Virus record (IMG/VR): IMGVR_UViG_3300047198_000026
Span: 1 to 64,000 of that record
Strand: one strand, 5' to 3'
From: a virus
DNA length: 64,000 bases
Shown here piece by piece: positions 52,436 through 63,157 of the stretch; position 1 is the first letter of the stretch; every line of letters starts with the position of its first letter. A program made the position numbers and the translations under genes. The notes beneath the pieces were generated by a model, which worked only from the letters and a program-made list of their open reading frames with translations, searched no databases and had not been told where the DNA came from.

Positions 52436-55400
52436 ATGTTATCTATAAATTCCTTTGATCAGGCCAGTGTTGCAGAACCCTCCTCAAGATGGGGAGCCCA
52501 AGGTCCTGCTATTCAAGCAGTAGAGCCTGGTTATGCTGAATACGGCTGGGCTAAGATGCGAGAGACTCTTTCAAAGAGATTGGGTACCTTAGACTACTAT
52601 GCAGACAAGATTTCTTCAGGTCTGGGTATCTCTAAACCCGAAGTCTTTGAGAGATGGTCACAAAGCCTTAAACCAGAGGATATGAAGCTTGATACCCAAT
52701 CCTTCGTCAAGAAGCTGATTGGGGCTGCCGCAGGGGCAGCAGTCGATTTACCTGTATACGCAGGGGCATCTGCCCTAGGATCTCTTGCCCTAGGACCAAT
52801 TGCTGGCCCAGCAGCTGCCTTTGGAGCCATTGGGGCAGCCGAAGGGGCGCCAGAAGGTGGTCTAAAAGGAGCACTGACACAGGGAGCCTTGGGTGCTGGA
52901 ACCGGTGCAGGCTTTGGATTAATGGGAAAGCTTGGACTTGGGCGCCTTGGTAGGTCTTTAGGAACAGGAAGTCTATTTGCTGGTGGTGATATAGCTGGTA
53001 AGGCTGTAACAGGACAACCACAAAGTTTTGAAGATGTTGCTCAGTCTGGAATATTAGGACTTGGAATGGGGGCTATGGGAAGGGGTAAACCTCGAGAAGT
53101 AGCACGCCCAGGAGAGGCACTACCCAGACCTGGTCCTGGAATACCCGATGAGAGGGCTGGTACGGCTCCTGGTATGGGACTTCTTCCAGAAGAAGCCCCT
53201 AGAGGATTAGGTCCTCGAGCAGGAGCCCCGGGAACTCCTAACCTTTTGGATATTCTTGGGAGATCTCAGCAAGAAGCTCCTATTGACCTTCAAACAGCTA
53301 TGGGTCTTCGACCAGGAACCGCAGATATCCTTGGACTTACAGGGCAAGGACAAGTTCCATCTGTCATTCCTAAGGGTATGAAATATGATAAAGGTACTAT
53401 AATTAAAGAAGCAAAACTTCGTAATCGGGCTACTTCAGACCAAGTAAAGGATTTAGTTCGCTTTGGGGTAGAGGAAGAGGATGCAAAAACACTCACCACA
53501 AGGGAAGCTGCCCAAATTATTAAGTCATCCAGGAAGAGCTCAATTATGAAGACAGCCAAAGGCCTGGATGTGTTTGACAAAATGGCAGAAGAACCTAAGA
53601 CAGAAGGAAGATGGGAAAAGCCGTCTGCCTATGGATTTGACGCTGATACTGCTATCAAAGAGGGAATGGACAAAAGAGTAGATGGAGATACCCTTTGGGC
53701 CAGAAGTCAATGGACAAAATGGCAAAGACTGGATAACAGGTTTGAGGCAATAAAGAATAAGAAAAGAGTATCCGACCGGATGGAGAAGGCAGACCTTGTC
53801 ACAAAGATGTCTGAAATCAAACATCAATTGGAAGGTTATGCTGGATTTGAAAAGGAGGCAGAGGGATTTTCTGGGGAGACCAGACTGATGAAGAAGGAAG
53901 TTACTAAGTTACTTAGTGAGGTTGAGAAGGAACTTAGACCCCAAGGTCCAAAGATTTTAGCCCCTATCAGAAAGGCAATACTCGATCGTGGTTTCACAGA
54001 AGAGGATGTGGCCTTAGCAAAGAGAACAGCCCGAGATAAGATTATCCAGAACAAAGGTGTGACCAACCTTACCCATCGCATTTCGCCAGAGGGCAAACTT
54101 GAGGCCCTCTCAGCAGAAGAAAGAGGGAAGATTACCAGCGTTGAGGCCCCTAAAGAACCTCCGGCAAAGGTCTTTGAGAGACTACCGGGAGAATCTGACA
54201 AAGATGCTGCTGCCAGATTTGAAAAGGAATTTGGGGCAGAGGTAGTAGAAAAAGAGCCCAGAGAACCAACTGTCGTGTCAGAGGAAGTTCCTGTACCCAG
54301 TACTGAATTAGATGCAGAGAAGGTATTACTAGAGTCTGTGAAACGCCGAGCAATGTATGATAAGTTACCCAAAAGGACCAAACAACAGTTTGACGCTTTA
54401 CTCTTACAGAATGCCAAGAAGATTGAACCCACAATAACAAAAGTAGGTCAGGCTTGGGAACTGGCTGATAAGTTATCTGAGTCTAAGGGAAGGGCCTTCG
54501 AAGGAGAAGTTACTGAGAAGACAGTGGCTGCGGAAGCTGGAAAGGCTAGGAAGGAACCTAAAATTGTAGAGCCAGATGAGGAACAGACGAAAGTTGGGAT
54601 GGCCAGGACGGCCATAGAACGTAATGTGGCCGAAAGAGAGAGTATTGAATATGCTCAAAAGCCAAGACAAACCCGTAAGGAAAGTCAGGACACTATTGCC
54701 TCAAGAGGGCGTTCGGCTGCTGACCCCATTGAAGCCACCACGGACCTTACTCCAAAGACCCATACTGGTGAGTGGTTAAAGAGATGGACCGATTGGTATT
54801 ACAGGACTTTTAGGAATGAAGACCCAGATCAACTTAGGGAAAGATTTAATATCGCTTATAGAACACAATTAGAAACTAGGATGCCTGCTATGATGGCATA
54901 TCCAGGAGGTCCTGGAAAGTTGATTCCCTTGAGCGATTTTATGGGTCAGATGATGAATTCACAGGATCCAAATCTTAAGATGATTGGAGAGATGGGAGCC
55001 CGGAAGCATGTTATGGCCAAGGACAATCTGGTCAAAGACCAAGAAACCGTGGTCACAATGGAGGCCATCAAGAAAAGGGCTTTGGGAAGAATGACTCAGG
55101 AAGAGTGGACAAAGAAATTATGGGATTTGGAAAAGACCTTTAAGACGGATGATCCTGATGTTGGCGCTTGGAGAGATGTTGTAAAAGCCAGAGAGGAGTA
55201 CTATGCAGAATTAAGGGGGATGAAAGCCAGGGGTATTTACCGTCTGGACTACATCATCCCACACAAAATTGACATGTCGGAGGCTTACTTAAGATTCAGG
55301 CAGTCTGTATTAGGGGCAAAGGAATATGAAAAACTTCCTAAGGACGTAAAAGAGTTTGCCAGTGAGCAGGAGATTGGCTTAGTTAAGAGTATTATGCAGA

Positions 55401-57316
55401 CCAAGAAAGAGTACAAATTCCTAACTGATTCAGAAAAGACACTTCTTAATCAGAATATATTTAGGAAGGCAGGCTTCTGGACTTATGATATGACTCCTAA
55501 GGATATTAAGCAGTTCTTTCCCAAAAAGGTTTTTATAGGCCATGAAATTGAGAGGAAGCCCGGGGTTAAGATGCCCCTGATCGATCCTGAGGAAGCCGTA
55601 AAACAATACTTGACCACAATGAGGTATAAGTCTGCTAATGACTGGTTTTTGAAGAATATCCATGATGTTTACGACAATATGCCTGAGAAGAGTGTGCCAG
55701 GTACGCCAGGATGGCAGGCTGACCAATATGTAAACTCTATGCTTTATGGTAGAGATATGTTTGAGTCTACTGCCAAGAGAATGCTGGAACCAGTAAATAG
55801 ACTATTAGGAACCCACCTAGGAGATACAAATCTTATTCAGAAGTCGATATCTTTTACCCGAGGTAGAGTGGTGGCAGGTGTCTTAGGACCTCAGTCAGCT
55901 ATGAACCACGTTATCAACTTAATGAATACTTGGGCTGAGTTTGGAACAGGCCCTGTGGTGAAAGCTCTTAAGATGAAGATTACTGGTGAATGGAAGAGTA
56001 TTCCTGGTATGACTGAAGCGTGGGATCTTGGAAAGATTGGTGGAGGGTTCTTAGAGCAGGAAGGCTTAAGATTAGATCAGGTTAAAGTTCGTATGCCCGA
56101 TGGGTCAATTGTCAGTGGGAAAGATCTTGGATTAGGTAGGGGAAATGTAACCAGAGCCCTTGACACTATGACCAATTTGGCCCTAAGCCCATTGCATGCC
56201 ATTGTAAACTTCAATAGAGGAGTGGCCTTCTTGGCCTCTTTAGAATCTCAGGCTAAAGCAGGAGTACCTTTTAGAGAAGGGTTGCGTTATGGATTGGCAG
56301 ACAATGTAAGATTAACCCCTGATAGGGAAGTTCCATTTAATGTATACAGGGCCTGGATGGATGTTGGCAAAACTCAATTCCACTTTGGAAAGGATTTTCA
56401 GGCCCCTATCTATAATAACAACCTGGCCAGAATGAGCACGTTCTTCTGGACGTATCCAACCAGGATGGCCCAGTTCTTTTCAAGAGGAATTAGAGAGGCA
56501 GGTTTAATGGGAGACGAGGCCAAATTCTTTAGGTATGTAACCCAATTAGGAATGCAATTATCTTTACTACCATTAGCCATGGGGGCAGCTGGAATGACAG
56601 TAGGACACGTTCTAGGACCAGCTGGAATAGTTCCCTTCAAGCTTGTATCTTATCCCTGGGAAGTCTTAAAGAATGTGTACAATACAACTATGGGTAATGC
56701 TACAGATAAAAGGAAAGCCTGGGATGATCTAAAGGATGAGGCAATGATCTTTGCTATTCCTGGATATGCGGGATGGTTTAAGAGAGCCCAGAGAGCCATT
56801 GATTCGGCCACTGCAGGAGTAAAAGAAACCAAAGGTGGATTTGCAGTTGAGGAAACCAATGGTTGGAGGGAGTTTATGGGATTTCTTGGTCTTCCCTCAA
56901 CAAGGGGAGCAAAGGCCTATGAATTGACAAAACAGATGAGAATCGATTCCGAAGAGTATCAAGTGCAGAAGTCTAAGTTTACTGAACAGGGAATCCAAGC
57001 GATTAATGCAGGTAGTACTGAGAAATTTATGAAGGCTGTTAAGGATGGACAGGATGCGGGGATAGATATTAGCCCCAAGTCCATTATGCAGGCAAAGACT
57101 GACAGGATGAAGTACTCCTACCTAGAAAAGACTATTCAGAGATTGCCCAAGAAACTCCGTCCGATGTACATGGAAAAACTGAAGGCCTTGCAGGCAGAAG
57201 AGCCGGCCTTGGCCATTAGCCCGAGGGCCAAGATGATAGCTGGCAGTAGGCCATTATGGAGCCATGCTCCTATTGAAAATACGATGAATATTCTAGACCA
57301 AATGGGGAATGATTAA
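52436..57316 (+). CDS. Large internal virion/DNA-ejection protein
   Basis: 1626 aa; Gly/Ala hydrophobic N-terminal region and helical C-terminus as in podovirus large ejection proteins. Confidence 0.7.
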   Translation: MLSINSFDQASVAEPSSRWGAQGPAIQAVEPGYAEYGWAKMRETLSKRLGTLDYYADKISSGLGISKPEVFERWSQSLKPEDMKLDTQSFVKKLIGAAAGAAVDLPVYAGASALGSLALGPIAGPAAAFGAIGAAEGAPEGGLKGALTQGALGAGTGAGFGLMGKLGLGRLGRSLGTGSLFAGGDIAGKAVTGQPQSFEDVAQSGILGLGMGAMGRGKPREVARPGEALPRPGPGIPDERAGTAPGMGLLPEEAPRGLGPRAGAPGTPNLLDILGRSQQEAPIDLQTAMGLRPGTADILGLTGQGQVPSVIPKGMKYDKGTIIKEAKLRNRATSDQVKDLVRFGVEEEDAKTLTTREAAQIIKSSRKSSIMKTAKGLDVFDKMAEEPKTEGRWEKPSAYGFDADTAIKEGMDKRVDGDTLWARSQWTKWQRLDNRFEAIKNKKRVSDRMEKADLVTKMSEIKHQLEGYAGFEKEAEGFSGETRLMKKEVTKLLSEVEKELRPQGPKILAPIRKAILDRGFTEEDVALAKRTARDKIIQNKGVTNLTHRISPEGKLEALSAEERGKITSVEAPKEPPAKVFERLPGESDKDAAARFEKEFGAEVVEKEPREPTVVSEEVPVPSTELDAEKVLLESVKRRAMYDKLPKRTKQQFDALLLQNAKKIEPTITKVGQAWELADKLSESKGRAFEGEVTEKTVAAEAGKARKEPKIVEPDEEQTKVGMARTAIERNVAERESIEYAQKPRQTRKESQDTIASRGRSAADPIEATTDLTPKTHTGEWLKRWTDWYYRTFRNEDPDQLRERFNIAYRTQLETRMPAMMAYPGGPGKLIPLSDFMGQMMNSQDPNLKMIGEMGARKHVMAKDNLVKDQETVVTMEAIKKRALGRMTQEEWTKKLWDLEKTFKTDDPDVGAWRDVVKAREEYYAELRGMKARGIYRLDYIIPHKIDMSEAYLRFRQSVLGAKEYEKLPKDVKEFASEQEIGLVKSIMQTKKEYKFLTDSEKTLLNQNIFRKAGFWTYDMTPKDIKQFFPKKVFIGHEIERKPGVKMPLIDPEEAVKQYLTTMRYKSANDWFLKNIHDVYDNMPEKSVPGTPGWQADQYVNSMLYGRDMFESTAKRMLEPVNRLLGTHLGDTNLIQKSISFTRGRVVAGVLGPQSAMNHVINLMNTWAEFGTGPVVKALKMKITGEWKSIPGMTEAWDLGKIGGGFLEQEGLRLDQVKVRMPDGSIVSGKDLGLGRGNVTRALDTMTNLALSPLHAIVNFNRGVAFLASLESQAKAGVPFREGLRYGLADNVRLTPDREVPFNVYRAWMDVGKTQFHFGKDFQAPIYNNNLARMSTFFWTYPTRMAQFFSRGIREAGLMGDEAKFFRYVTQLGMQLSLLPLAMGAAGMTVGHVLGPAGIVPFKLVSYPWEVLKNVYNTTMGNATDKRKAWDDLKDEAMIFAIPGYAGWFKRAQRAIDSATAGVKETKGGFAVEETNGWREFMGFLGLPSTRGAKAYELTKQMRIDSEEYQVQKSKFTEQGIQAINAGSTEKFMKAVKDGQDAGIDISPKSIMQAKTDRMKYSYLEKTIQRLPKKLRPMYMEKLKALQAEEPALAISPRAKMIAGSRPLWSHAPIENTMNILDQMGND

Positions 57317-57318
57317 TA

Positions 57319-58959
57319 GTGGCCTATAGTGGAAATACCCTTTCCGATTGGCTGAGTAAACCCACCGGACCAACGGCAGAGGAGTATATTGGTATGAATT
57401 TGAATCCGAATACCTTTACTCCCTTGTATCCAAGTTCTGGGGGCAATCTGAACTCACTTATACAGAATCCAGCTGGCCTTTCTCCATTGAATCAGAATAC
57501 CCAAACGACACAGGGGTATAATCCTCAACCAACCAGCATGTCTCAGAATACATTGACTCCCTCTAAAACTCCCACTCCTACTAGTCAATCTGGGGGAGGA
57601 ACTGATTGGACATCTATTCTAGGAGCTCTTGGAGGGGTAGGTGGCCAAGCTCTTTTAAACACATATGGAGGAGATCTAAGAAATCTATTGGGGTTGAGTA
57701 ACACTTTAGACATGAGCCAGTACTCAGGGGGTAATTTTGGTTCACCCCTTGCTGGTGGACAGTTGGGTAGTGTTGGAGGTATGGATGTTGGAAGTATAGC
57801 AGGCCTCCTAAAGGGGGTTCTAGGTGGTGTTTTGGGTGGCGGGGGTCCAGACGCCTTTCCAACAGGCCAATTGTTAAGTGCCATTCTACCAAGCCCCATG
57901 AGCCTCTTTAATATTGTTCCAACGGGCCAGGGAAGTCCAAGCGACGCACCTTCTTGGTTTAACTATACAATAGGTGCAATACCATTCATAGGTGATATTT
58001 TAGGTAATCTAATATTTGGAGGAGCAGAACCTGATCCATTGCCACAAGACGTACAATCAAGTTTAAGTATGGATGCTGTACGCCAGAGAATTCAAGAACA
58101 ACTTGTGTCAAAGTATGGAAGCACAATACAATTTAGCCCTGAGGAGATCTCTCAATACTATCTTACCCCAGAAGGGGGAGGAAGAAATGCAGGATGGACA
58201 TGGGCAGATGTTGCTAATCCACTTTTGACTTCTCCTGCTGGTGCTATTAGTAATTGGGATATGAGAAAATTACCTGCGACATATACTCAAGCCCAAATGG
58301 ATCTTGCTTCATATAGTCCACCGTTTTATGACTCAGAATATGGATGGGGGACTGCTGGAGGAAAAGGTTGGCTTCCGGAAATACAGAATATGATAGATCA
58401 AAAATTGGCAGAAGCTGGTGGAATCCCTAAATATCTTGACCAAGTAACAGGTAAAGAAGATTATAATGCAGCTATCCAAGCGGAGGCGGCTAAATATGGA
58501 GTAGATTTAACTAAACCCCTTACATCCCCAACCATGTCCTATGCTCCAGATCCCTTTTCTGGATCTTCTATGGAGGTACCTGGAGAAGTGTATACCCCAG
58601 AAGTACAAAAACTATTGGATGCTGTCTTTGGACAATATTCTAATTACTATAAACCTCCTGGAGCTCTCCCATATGAGACCTCTAGGGATGATGCCACGGG
58701 GTGGGATTGGGTTGGAGATATTGTAGGAGGTCCATCCTATCAAGATCCTAATGTACCATGGTGGCAGAATCCTCCTATAACTCCATTTATGACAATGACA
58801 GGGCAAGATTATAAACTGGATCCCACAGAGCTAAATGCTACATCGGTTGGAGGATACTGGTCATTTATGACTCCGCAAGAGAAGGCTTGGTATGTCAATC
58901 AATACCTGCCTATAATGCAGGCCAAAGCTCTAGGACCAGATTATGGAAACGCACAATAA
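57319..58959 (+). CDS. Putative virion protein (Gly/Pro/Ser/Thr-rich)
   Basis: Long ORF contiguous with the ejection module. Confidence 0.55.
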   Translation: MAYSGNTLSDWLSKPTGPTAEEYIGMNLNPNTFTPLYPSSGGNLNSLIQNPAGLSPLNQNTQTTQGYNPQPTSMSQNTLTPSKTPTPTSQSGGGTDWTSILGALGGVGGQALLNTYGGDLRNLLGLSNTLDMSQYSGGNFGSPLAGGQLGSVGGMDVGSIAGLLKGVLGGVLGGGGPDAFPTGQLLSAILPSPMSLFNIVPTGQGSPSDAPSWFNYTIGAIPFIGDILGNLIFGGAEPDPLPQDVQSSLSMDAVRQRIQEQLVSKYGSTIQFSPEEISQYYLTPEGGGRNAGWTWADVANPLLTSPAGAISNWDMRKLPATYTQAQMDLASYSPPFYDSEYGWGTAGGKGWLPEIQNMIDQKLAEAGGIPKYLDQVTGKEDYNAAIQAEAAKYGVDLTKPLTSPTMSYAPDPFSGSSMEVPGEVYTPEVQKLLDAVFGQYSNYYKPPGALPYETSRDDATGWDWVGDIVGGPSYQDPNVPWWQNPPITPFMTMTGQDYKLDPTELNATSVGGYWSFMTPQEKAWYVNQYLPIMQAKALGPDYGNAQ

Positions 58960-58970
58960 GGAGAAAGAAC

Positions 58971-59279
58971 ATGCCAACTTGGCTATGGATTATAATTGTT
59001 AATGGGGTTATCTTGGCCTTAATTGGCTATATCTGGAATAATATGGAGGGCAGAGTGAAGACTATGGAACGAGATGAGAAGGCGTATACAGACAAACTAA
59101 TTGACCATCCCCTTCTAACCGCAGATATACATGAGAAAATCTGTGATAAAAGAACAGAGGCTATCAAAATGATTGTGGAAGACTCAGAAAAGAGGACGGG
59201 TCTCTTAATAGAGAATGCTATTCTTAGAGCCTTTAAGAATGGGAAGAATGGAAAGAAAAGTAGGAAAGTGAAAAGGTGA
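58971..59279 (+). CDS. Single-TM protein, possible lysis-module component
   Basis: AGGAG RBS; N-terminal TM, coiled coil, basic C-terminus. Confidence 0.5.
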   Translation: MPTWLWIIIVNGVILALIGYIWNNMEGRVKTMERDEKAYTDKLIDHPLLTADIHEKICDKRTEAIKMIVEDSEKRTGLLIENAILRAFKNGKNGKKSRKVKR

Positions 59280-59836
59280 CAGCTGGTAGGAAAACGAGGA
59301 GTTTAAAAAAGCCGGGATTAAAGTACCCCAGGTCGAGAAATTCACGAATTTTCAAACTGTAGCCGAGTAAATAAAGGAGGGCACCCCCATATGACCGATA
59401 TGAAACTTACCGAAGAGGAGACAAAGATAACTCAAAAAGCCTTTGGAGTTTCCTTGGCCAATGAACGATTCAATAGATATGAACTCTATAGGGGGAAAGA
59501 AAACTTTAATGAGGCCGGATCCAAGAAGCGATTTGATATATTGAAAACGGTTATCAAAGACCTAAAAAACTACTGTGTAAACTGTGGGAGTGACAATTGA
59601 TCACGATTTTAAGGAGGAGGAAGAAATGAGCGTATTAGAAGAGAAGATTAAGAGGATGAATGCCCTAGTGGAGTCTGATGCCAAAAAGATATTGGCAGAA
59701 TTGCAATCACCTGATGTTGAGACAGCACCAGATCACGAGGCCACAGATCGCGAGGGAAGCAAAGAGGCCCTCTTGAATACTGCCCACGGGGCAGGGGAAA
59801 GATAAACAAAAAACTGTTGGTTAAGGAGGTAGAAAT

Positions 59837-60193
59837 TTGATATGCCCTAACCTACACCGCCAAAGATGCGCGATTGAGTTTTTGACTGCTTTAAATTTAG
59901 ACAATTTTGACTATGCCAAAGAGGTTTTGGAAAACTTTCTATATGACCTTTCGGGGTCATTGGGAATGACAATTTTTATGGGACCCTTCGTAGGAAATGA
60001 TGAAGATGAGGCTACAGGAGAAACAGGACCCTCGGCTTTTATCGGATGGACTACCAGCGGGTGCCAAGTACATGTTTGGCCTAGGTCAAAGTTCATTTCG
60101 ATTGACGTTTATTCCTGCAAACCTTACTCTGTATCTACAATCCTAGACTCTATAGACCAATGGCTTCAACCAACCCAACTGGAGGTCCTCTAA
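59837..60193 (+). CDS. speD: S-adenosylmethionine decarboxylase-like proenzyme
   Basis: GPSAFIGWTTSGCQVHVWP...SIDVYSCK aligns with SpeD G.S....ESH..HTWPE....D.F.C. Confidence 0.75.
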   Translation: MICPNLHRQRCAIEFLTALNLDNFDYAKEVLENFLYDLSGSLGMTIFMGPFVGNDEDEATGETGPSAFIGWTTSGCQVHVWPRSKFISIDVYSCKPYSVSTILDSIDQWLQPTQLEVL

Positions 60194-60594
60194 TGAAAAA
60201 GTTATTCTCAATTCTATTGGCGATTTTCATCCTAGCCTTGGCTCCTTTGGCCATGGCTGCTCCCTCAAAGTCTTTTACACAAGCCAAGGAGATAGCCCTA
60301 AAAGGACAAAAAGACATCCAAGGAGACTTTTCAGTTACCACTAAGGTAACCAAGGATGGCAAAATGTATACCTTTTATATCGCCTATTTACCAATTGATA
60401 AGTTGATTGGGGGCATGGTTTCTAGTGGAAATAGGAAGTTGGCCGTGGTTTACAACGAAGAGGCGGACAAATACTTTGCGGCTTTATTTGAGAATATGGA
60501 AATTATGGATCAGCAGGAATTAACAGCTGACCAAGCAGATAAATTTATGGAGGAAATTCTGAAGAATATTCAGAAAAGCGGGATACCTGTATGA
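60193..60594 (+). CDS. Exported protein
   Basis: Signal peptide MKKLFSILLAIFILALAPLAMA; KSFTQAK. Confidence 0.7.
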   Translation: MKKLFSILLAIFILALAPLAMAAPSKSFTQAKEIALKGQKDIQGDFSVTTKVTKDGKMYTFYIAYLPIDKLIGGMVSSGNRKLAVVYNEEADKYFAALFENMEIMDQQELTADQADKFMEEILKNIQKSGIPV

Positions 60595-61130
60595 AAAAAC
60601 TTTATATGCTACTGACCCTAATTATGGCCTTTTTCCTCCTGACCCCTATAGCAATTGCCCAAGGGCCAATTAAGTCATTTGACCAGGCTAAGGATTCGTG
60701 TATAAGGGAAGGGGTAGAGGCTGTTGAAGTAATTCAAACCCGGGATCCTGGTGGAAACATAGTTACACTGTCATTTCCCTATAAGGTTATTAAGAAAGCT
60801 GGAATAGGAGTATGGGGATTTTGGACCTTTTACACCTTAAAATACTATCCCTCAGTAGATTCAGTTGTAATCCTAATTTATAAACCTGAGTTTGGGTCTG
60901 TTATCATTCTTCGACGGGATTACGGTTTATACTGGGGTATTTTAGAACAGGAGCATGGCTTGATTGTTTGGGAGTTATATGACCTCTCTAAAGAAGCTTC
61001 TGATGGAATGGTTTGTGTGCTTCTAAAACCCATGGATAGGCTTGTAAACAATCCAAATTGGGAGTTTACTCCCACAGAAGAAATGAGACCAGATCTTTGT
61101 TGGAAAGTAGAAGGAAAAATAAAAAAATAA
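60591..61130 (+). CDS. Exported protein, possible distant paralog of the previous gene
   Basis: Signal peptide; KSFDQAK. Confidence 0.65.
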   Translation: MKKLYMLLTLIMAFFLLTPIAIAQGPIKSFDQAKDSCIREGVEAVEVIQTRDPGGNIVTLSFPYKVIKKAGIGVWGFWTFYTLKYYPSVDSVVILIYKPEFGSVIILRRDYGLYWGILEQEHGLIVWELYDLSKEASDGMVCVLLKPMDRLVNNPNWEFTPTEEMRPDLCWKVEGKIKK

Positions 61131-61144
61131 GGGGGTGAAATAAT

Positions 61145-62551
61145 ATGACTAGAAGAATCGTAGAAAGATTAATTGTTGGTGATACTGAACCGGCAAGTGG
61201 ACAGTTACATGTAAGTCCAACTACTCCTGATAGCAGAGGATTGGTTTTAACGGGAACCCGAAAGGGAACTCAGACAGCCAACGTATTTGAGTGGTATGAT
61301 ACGTCGGATGCTTTAAAGGGCTATGTGAACGCAGCAGGTATGTTATCGGCTGCAGTCTTTGAAGTGTCAATTTTGACGTCGGCTGCCACACTATCAGCTA
61401 CCTCTGTATATGCTGGAGACATGAATACGTCAACCTTTTCAGGGGGTACTTGTAGAACTACAAACTTGTCAGCTACAACCCTGTCAGCAGGTAGTATCTA
61501 TGCAGGCGCCATGAATACGTCAACCTTGTCAGCTACAACGGCATCAGCTACAACCCAATATGCTACTACTATGTCAGCTAATTCGCTGTATGTAGGAACA
61601 TGGTGGAACGTAGTGACCTTGTCAGCTACAACCCTGTCAGCAACTAATGCCTATGCAGGTGCAATGTATACGTCAACCTTCTCAGGTACAAGTGTGTCTG
61701 GGGATAGGATGTTTAGTCCTAGCATGTCAGGTGGATCTATATATGCAGGTGCAATGTATACAGGAACCCTGTCAGGTGTTAGCGTGTCAGCTACAACCCT
61801 GTCAGCAGGAAACGCTTATGCAGGATCCATGTCTACATCAGTCTTGTCAGCTACCACAGGGTCAGCAGACTCTATGTATGTTGGCGAACTGTACACTAAA
61901 AACTTGTCAGCATCAGGTATCATCAAAGCAGCATCCTTGTCTGCTACCAGTATGACAGCTACAACCATATCAGCTACCAATTTGACGACAACTGGGTTGT
62001 CAGCTATCGGTACATTCTATACGGCCACAATGTCGGCTGTAGGAGTGTCAGCTGGCAGTATGACAGCTAGTACTATCCAAGTGGCAAACTTGGTGGGTAC
62101 AGTCAAGTTGTCTGCAACAGCTATAGATGTTGCCAAGGCAGGCGGAAGAACGGAAGTCTCTATCGATACTATCGGCACAACGGATGCCACTAAAACTACA
62201 CTTGGAAGTTGGGCCTTCGCTGCTGGTGAAACGCAAGTGTTTGATAGTATGGTCTTAGCTAGATGTACTGTAGGAGATGTAGGTTCTGCAGGTGCTTGGA
62301 ACTTCAAAGCAGCCTTTACAACTGATGCAGTTACCTTAAGTGCCGTCTTACTAACCGGAAACACGTTTAGTGGAGGCGCAGTCGGAGTAGAAGCAATTGG
62401 GTCTACTGTTTTAACCTGGAGTCCCAGTCTAGGAGTAAAAGCTCCTCCTGGAGCAGGTGCAGGAAACACAGTTCTACTTACCGTAATAGGCTCTGCAGGA
62501 GATACAATTTCCTGGACAGCCCACACGACCAGATTTGTATTAGCAACATAA
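61145..62551 (+). CDS. Ser/Thr/Ala-rich fibre-like virion protein
   Basis: Many LSAT/SA repeats with roughly 5-residue periodicity. Confidence 0.65.
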   Translation: MTRRIVERLIVGDTEPASGQLHVSPTTPDSRGLVLTGTRKGTQTANVFEWYDTSDALKGYVNAAGMLSAAVFEVSILTSAATLSATSVYAGDMNTSTFSGGTCRTTNLSATTLSAGSIYAGAMNTSTLSATTASATTQYATTMSANSLYVGTWWNVVTLSATTLSATNAYAGAMYTSTFSGTSVSGDRMFSPSMSGGSIYAGAMYTGTLSGVSVSATTLSAGNAYAGSMSTSVLSATTGSADSMYVGELYTKNLSASGIIKAASLSATSMTATTISATNLTTTGLSAIGTFYTATMSAVGVSAGSMTASTIQVANLVGTVKLSATAIDVAKAGGRTEVSIDTIGTTDATKTTLGSWAFAAGETQVFDSMVLARCTVGDVGSAGAWNFKAAFTTDAVTLSAVLLTGNTFSGGAVGVEAIGSTVLTWSPSLGVKAPPGAGAGNTVLLTVIGSAGDTISWTAHTTRFVLAT

Positions 62552-62579
62552 GATAGCCAGATGACCTCTGGCTATCTTA
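62549..62579 (+). other. 13-bp stem-loop at the end of the fibre gene
   Basis: TAAGATAGCCAGA-TGACC-TCTGGCTATCTTA; no U-tract. Confidence 0.7.
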
Positions 62580-62642
62580 CTCTCATATGAGACAAAATAC
62601 CTACACTTATTGATAAGTGCAGGACTATGGAGGTGATGAATT

Positions 62643-63029
62643 ATGGGAACCGGAACGTATACATCAATGGGAAGTGGTGGTGGCATTCGCCCCATGAGGA
62701 TGATAGGAGGCTACGATCTTAAGATCGCAATAGGTAGTTTTACCTTTTCAAGCACCTATGCCTCAGGGGGAGAATCACTACCAGCAACCAGCATGGGATT
62801 ACAGAAGGTGATGTCCTGTGTCTTCTCTCCCTCTCTTTCAGCTGTTCATGCGTTGAACGCAAACAAGGCCCTTTTCGCTTGTTATGACTACACAAATGAA
62901 AAGGTTATAGCCTTAGGAGCGTCAGCACAGGCAGCAGCCGATGGGTCGGGAGCTGGTGGAATGTCCGAAGTGGCCGTTCCAACAGACCTTTCAGGCTTTA
63001 CCGTTAGGTTCATAGCCATCGGTTATTAA
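62643..63029 (+). CDS. Putative capsid decoration/structural protein
   Basis: Y.SGGE...YD...EV..TDLS...RFIAIGY pattern; GGAGGTG RBS. Confidence 0.5.
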   Translation: MGTGTYTSMGSGGGIRPMRMIGGYDLKIAIGSFTFSSTYASGGESLPATSMGLQKVMSCVFSPSLSAVHALNANKALFACYDYTNEKVIALGASAQAAADGSGAGGMSEVAVPTDLSGFTVRFIAIGY

Positions 63030-63157
63030 CCCGCCGTCAGCCTAGAACATTTTAGGCACATCTTGGCATTAATCTACAACAAGTGCCAAAACCCACAAAA
63101 ACACAGACGCCACCTTGGGCGCCAGTCCGAGGTGGCAAATGTGTATAGGAGTGTGGT

